This document shows, piece by piece, positions 60,550-64,000 of a stretch of DNA of 64,000 nt. Origin of the DNA: Protoeuglena noctilucae (Eukaryota). The notes beneath the pieces were generated by a model. It was given only the letters and a program-made list of their open reading frames with translations, ran no database searches and was not told where the DNA came from. The position numbers were made by a program, and so were the translations under genes. How positions within the stretch are numbered: the stretch's first letter is position 1; each line of letters begins with the position of its first letter. The stretch is taken from positions 62,001 through 126,000 of the forward strand of contig OY253672.1 of the NCBI GenBank assembly GCA_958009085.1. Direction: 5' to 3'.

Positions 60550-61773
60550 TTAGGACCGCTTGCCCCCCGTGATCCCCTCGGTGCCCAGCGTCAGTAGCAG
60601 CGTGTCGGCCGGCAGGTAGACGCGGTTCTGGGAGGCCGCCACTGTCTTGGCAATCTGGGGGGGGGGGGGGGGGTGGGGGCAGCGAAATGTGCGTCGGCGG
60701 GCGGCGAGCGGCTGCAGGCGCGCTTTTTTCGGTTCGACCGCGGCCGGCCCGCCCACCTCCCGGGCAGCCTCGATGCGCCGCAGCGTCAGGAAGGCGGGGT
60801 TCTGCTGGATGGCCTCGCCGATGAGCCTCGCCGACTGCGCCTCTCCCTGCGCCTGCACAATCGACTTCTCCTTCTCCTGCTTGGCCTTCTCCACCAGGAA
60901 CTTGGCACGCTGCAGGCGGGAGCAGAGGGCAGCGTCCGGGGCGGCCCTGCTGGCCGACGCACGCGCCCCGGCTGAACGGCCGCCGAAACGCCGGCTCGCC
61001 TCTGCCTCCTGCTGCGCGACTTGCTTGGCCTCCACGGCGGCCGTGTACTCCTTCCCGAACGTCAGGTGCGTGATGGCCACGTCCTCCAGGATGATGTCGA
61101 AGTACAGGCACCTGTCCGTCAGGATGCGCCGGATCTCCCGCGATATCATCTCACGCTGGGTCAGGAGCTGCGACGCGTTGTACTGCGCCACCACCGACTT
61201 GAGGGTCTGCGGGTGCCGGGGACGAGCGACGCGGGTGAGCCTAGCGCAGAGCTGTGCCCCCCTCTGGCCGGCGGCCCGCGCGTACAGTCCGCGCACCTCG
61301 TGCACGAGGGAGGGCAGGACGTCCTTGTAATCAGGACCGATGCGCCGGTACAGGTCGGCCAGGCGCTGGCTGTTGGGCTTGGTCAGGACACGCAGCCCGA
61401 GCTTGACCATCTGCAGGTCCCGCGAGCCTGAGTCGGACATGATGGTCTCCGGCCGCGACCTCACATCGTAAATGATCGGGATCTCGATCCAAGGGATGAG
61501 GACGTGCGTCCCCTCCCCGTAGACCTGCACGGGGGCACGCACCGGACGCTCCTCCGCCCCAGCATCGCGCGCTCCGCCGCCGGCCCGTCCACCGGGTCAC
61601 GGCCTCGCCTGGTTCTTGATCCCGCTTAGCCGGTTGAACACGATCGCCCGGTGACCTCCCTCCACGTTGAAGAGGGACTGCGAGACGCCGTAACCCAGCC
61701 CCAGGACGCCCATGGCCGCGGTCCCCAGCCTCCCCAGTCCCCCCGGAAGCGGTGGCATGTTAGGGACGGCCAT
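60550..61773 (-). CDS. PHB2: Prohibitin, PHB2-type
   Basis: [59 protein letters not shown]. Confidence 0.95.
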
Positions 61774-62182
61774 TGGACGCCCCTGCCGCGGCGCGAGGGG
61801 TCCCTCTGGTTCGCAGTGGGCGGTGGGGCGGCGGCGCCGGCTCGGGGGCGCGCGTTCGCAACGATGCTCAATGCGACGCAGCCGTGCGTTCTGGGGTCGC
61901 GGGGGGGCGCTGCGGTCGTCGAGATCGGAGATCGGGGGAAACCCCTGCTGGACTCTCCTGCCGGCCAGCCCAGCCGGCCGCCCGCCAAGAGAGGGCGATG
62001 CGGTGGCTGCCCTCGCATGACGCCGGGTCCGCCTGTTCCCCCGAAGCGCCGATCGCACCGTCGCCAGGCACGCAGAGGTTTTGGCTGGCGCGACCAGAAA
62101 AGGGTCCGCGGGCGGGGCTGGGCATCGGCAGCGCCGCGCGGGGCGAGCCGTCTTGGTCAGGGGTTGCGCTGGTGGCTGAGCC

Positions 62183-63913
62183 ATGGGGCGGTCGTGGCGC
62201 TACCTGGTCGCGCTCCTCGCGCTGGGTGCGGGCCTGCGCTGCGCGCGTTCCTTTCACGTGACGATCGCCGCGTCGGCCGAGGGCAGATGAGCGACTCTGC
62301 GACATTTGTTCCCCCCTGACCCGCCGCAGTGTCGTGCGCCGGCTGGGCTCTGGGGTGCGTGCCACACGGGGGTCCGGGTTCGCCACGCGAATGCGCCGCC
62401 CGGCGGCACCCGATGGTCGCCCGCGCCGGCCCTCCGGCTGATGGCGCGAGGCGTGTCATGCTGGCTAGGATTCTGCGCCATTGCCTCCCTCCGCTCCGCG
62501 GCCTCGCAGGCGTACATTCTATGACATTCTGGAAGTGTCGCGGTCGGCCGACGAGGCCCAGATCAAGCGGGCGTTCCGGAAGCTGGCGATGCAATATCAT
62601 CCGGACAGAAACCCTGGTGAGCGCGGGGCCGGTTTCCCGGCCCCGGAGGCCCTGGATGCCCCGGTAAAGGCGGCCTGCGTGCCTTCCGCCCTTCAGGGGA
62701 CGAGAGCGCGGCGAAGAAATTTGCCGAGATAAACGAGGCGTACGAGGTGCTGTCTGACCGGGAGACGCGCGCGATCTACGACCAGCACGGGGAGGAGGGG
62801 GTGCGGCGCCACCGGGCGGGCGCGGGGCAGCAGCAGCAGGGCTTCCCGGGGGGCGTGCAGTTCGATTTCGGGGGCTTTTCTTTCAGCTTCGGGGACGACG
62901 CGGCACAGAAGGAGGTCAAGGGCGACGACGTGGTGGTGGAGCTGTCCGTGACGCTCGAGGACCTGTACAACGGGCAGGAGTTCGCCCTGCACCGGGAGAA
63001 GGCCGTGTTCGTGGAAACGTCGGGCTTCAGGCGAGGGAGGGCCGGGCTGGCGGGCCCTCGGCTTGCCGAGCGAGCGCTTTCGCATGCGCCCATGTGCGGC
63101 CGCGCGCCCCTCGCAGGCAGTGCAACTGCCAGCAGAAGATGGTGACGCGCCAGCTGGGCCCGGGGATGTTCCAGCAGTACACGACGACGGAGTGCGAGCG
63201 GTGCCCCAATGTCAAGGCCGAGACGCGGGGGGAGGTGCTCGAGGTCCACGTCGAGCCCGGGATGCGCGAGGGCCAGGAGATCCGGTGCGGCGCTCGCGGC
63301 GCGGCATGATCGGAGTCCTCCGGCGCTGCCTGCCCGCCGTTCCCGAGACGACGCGTGGGGCTCTGCGCCCGCCGCAGGTTGCGCGAGGAGGGCGAGCCAC
63401 ACCCGGACGGGGAGGCTGGGGACCTGCGCTTCAGGCTTCGGCAGGAGCCGCACCCGCGCTTCCGCCGCGAGGACGATGACCTGCACTTCGACTTGCCGAT
63501 CACGCTGACCGAGGCGCTCGTGGGCTTCTCCAAGGCCATCCGGCACCTCGACGGCCACTGGGTCGAGGTCACAGAGTCCGGTGAGCGCGCAGGGTGTCGA
63601 GGAACCCCGCTCTCCAGCCGGGCTGCGGCTGCCACGAGCTCGGCCGCACGCCACGGGCAGGCGTCGCGTCGCGCAGCCACTCCTGGCACCGGGTGCGACC
63701 CCACAACCAACGAACGCGGAACCCTGACCCCCCGCGCCCGTCGCAGGCGTGACGAGGCACGGCGAGGAGCGCGTCGTGGCGGGCGAAGGTATGCCCATTC
63801 ATGACTCCTGGGGCAACTTCGGCGACCTCCACATCCACTTCCAGGTGGCGTTCCCCTCGGAGCTGACGCCGGCGCAGAAGGCGCAAGTGAGAAAGCTCGG
63901 GTTCACATACTGA
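62183..63913 (+). CDS. ERDJ3: ER DnaJ protein, ERdj3/DNAJB11-like
   Basis: Signal-like N-terminus, J domain with [27 protein letters not shown]...QLGPGMFQQ...[21 protein letters not shown]. Confidence 0.92.
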
Positions 63914-64000
63914 CAAAAGCGCGATGCCGGGCGCTCAATCACGACTCAAGGATGGTTTTAGAGACATCGTCAAGCATTTTTTTTATGCCCGTAAGTGATC

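Noticed and set aside
60657..60680. Long G run as a functional G-quadruplex
   Set aside because: It is the C-rich pyrimidine tract of a PHB2 intron on the minus strand, and homopolymer length is unreliable.
1..64000. Hundreds of long Arg/Pro/Gly/Ala-rich ORFs in the six-frame track (e.g. 11426-13417 +, 42323-43498 -)
   Set aside because: Shadow ORFs produced by high GC, lying antisense or off-frame to recognisable spliced genes.

Overview
Eukaryotic DNA from a compact, very GC-rich (about 70% by eye) flagellated green alga. This assignment is inferred from the short spliceosomal introns, a WRKY gene, an RWP-RK gene, a RUS-family gene, RSP8 and an axonemal dynein. About 20 intron-containing genes are packed with very short spacers: dynein heavy chain 3' end, an ankyrin-like protein, WRKY, RUS/DUF647, WDR17, RSP8, BUD23, NUP98 (running into an N gap), acetyl-CoA synthetase, a CaMKK/GRIK-like kinase with a cNMP domain, NKAP-like, BOP1, VAMP72, RPS3, TFIIA large subunit, PHB2, ERdj3 and two hypothetical genes. 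Many introns use GC-AG boundaries. The standout is an AT-richer island at about 28.1-44.8 kb. It holds an RKD-type RWP-RK transcription factor and a three-module, AT-less type I PKS with a degenerate thioesterase-like domain and a predicted C-terminal membrane anchor. The two genes diverge from the two arms of a degenerate inverted repeat of about 0.45 kb. Each arm supplies a homologous GCCGCCATG micro-exon that splices in frame into its own gene. A 5'-truncated Penelope-like (Naiad/Chlamys-type) retroelement sits in the centre of this palindrome, with a second fragment near 51 kb. All gene models were spliced by eye, and family assignments come from recalled motifs, not database searches.
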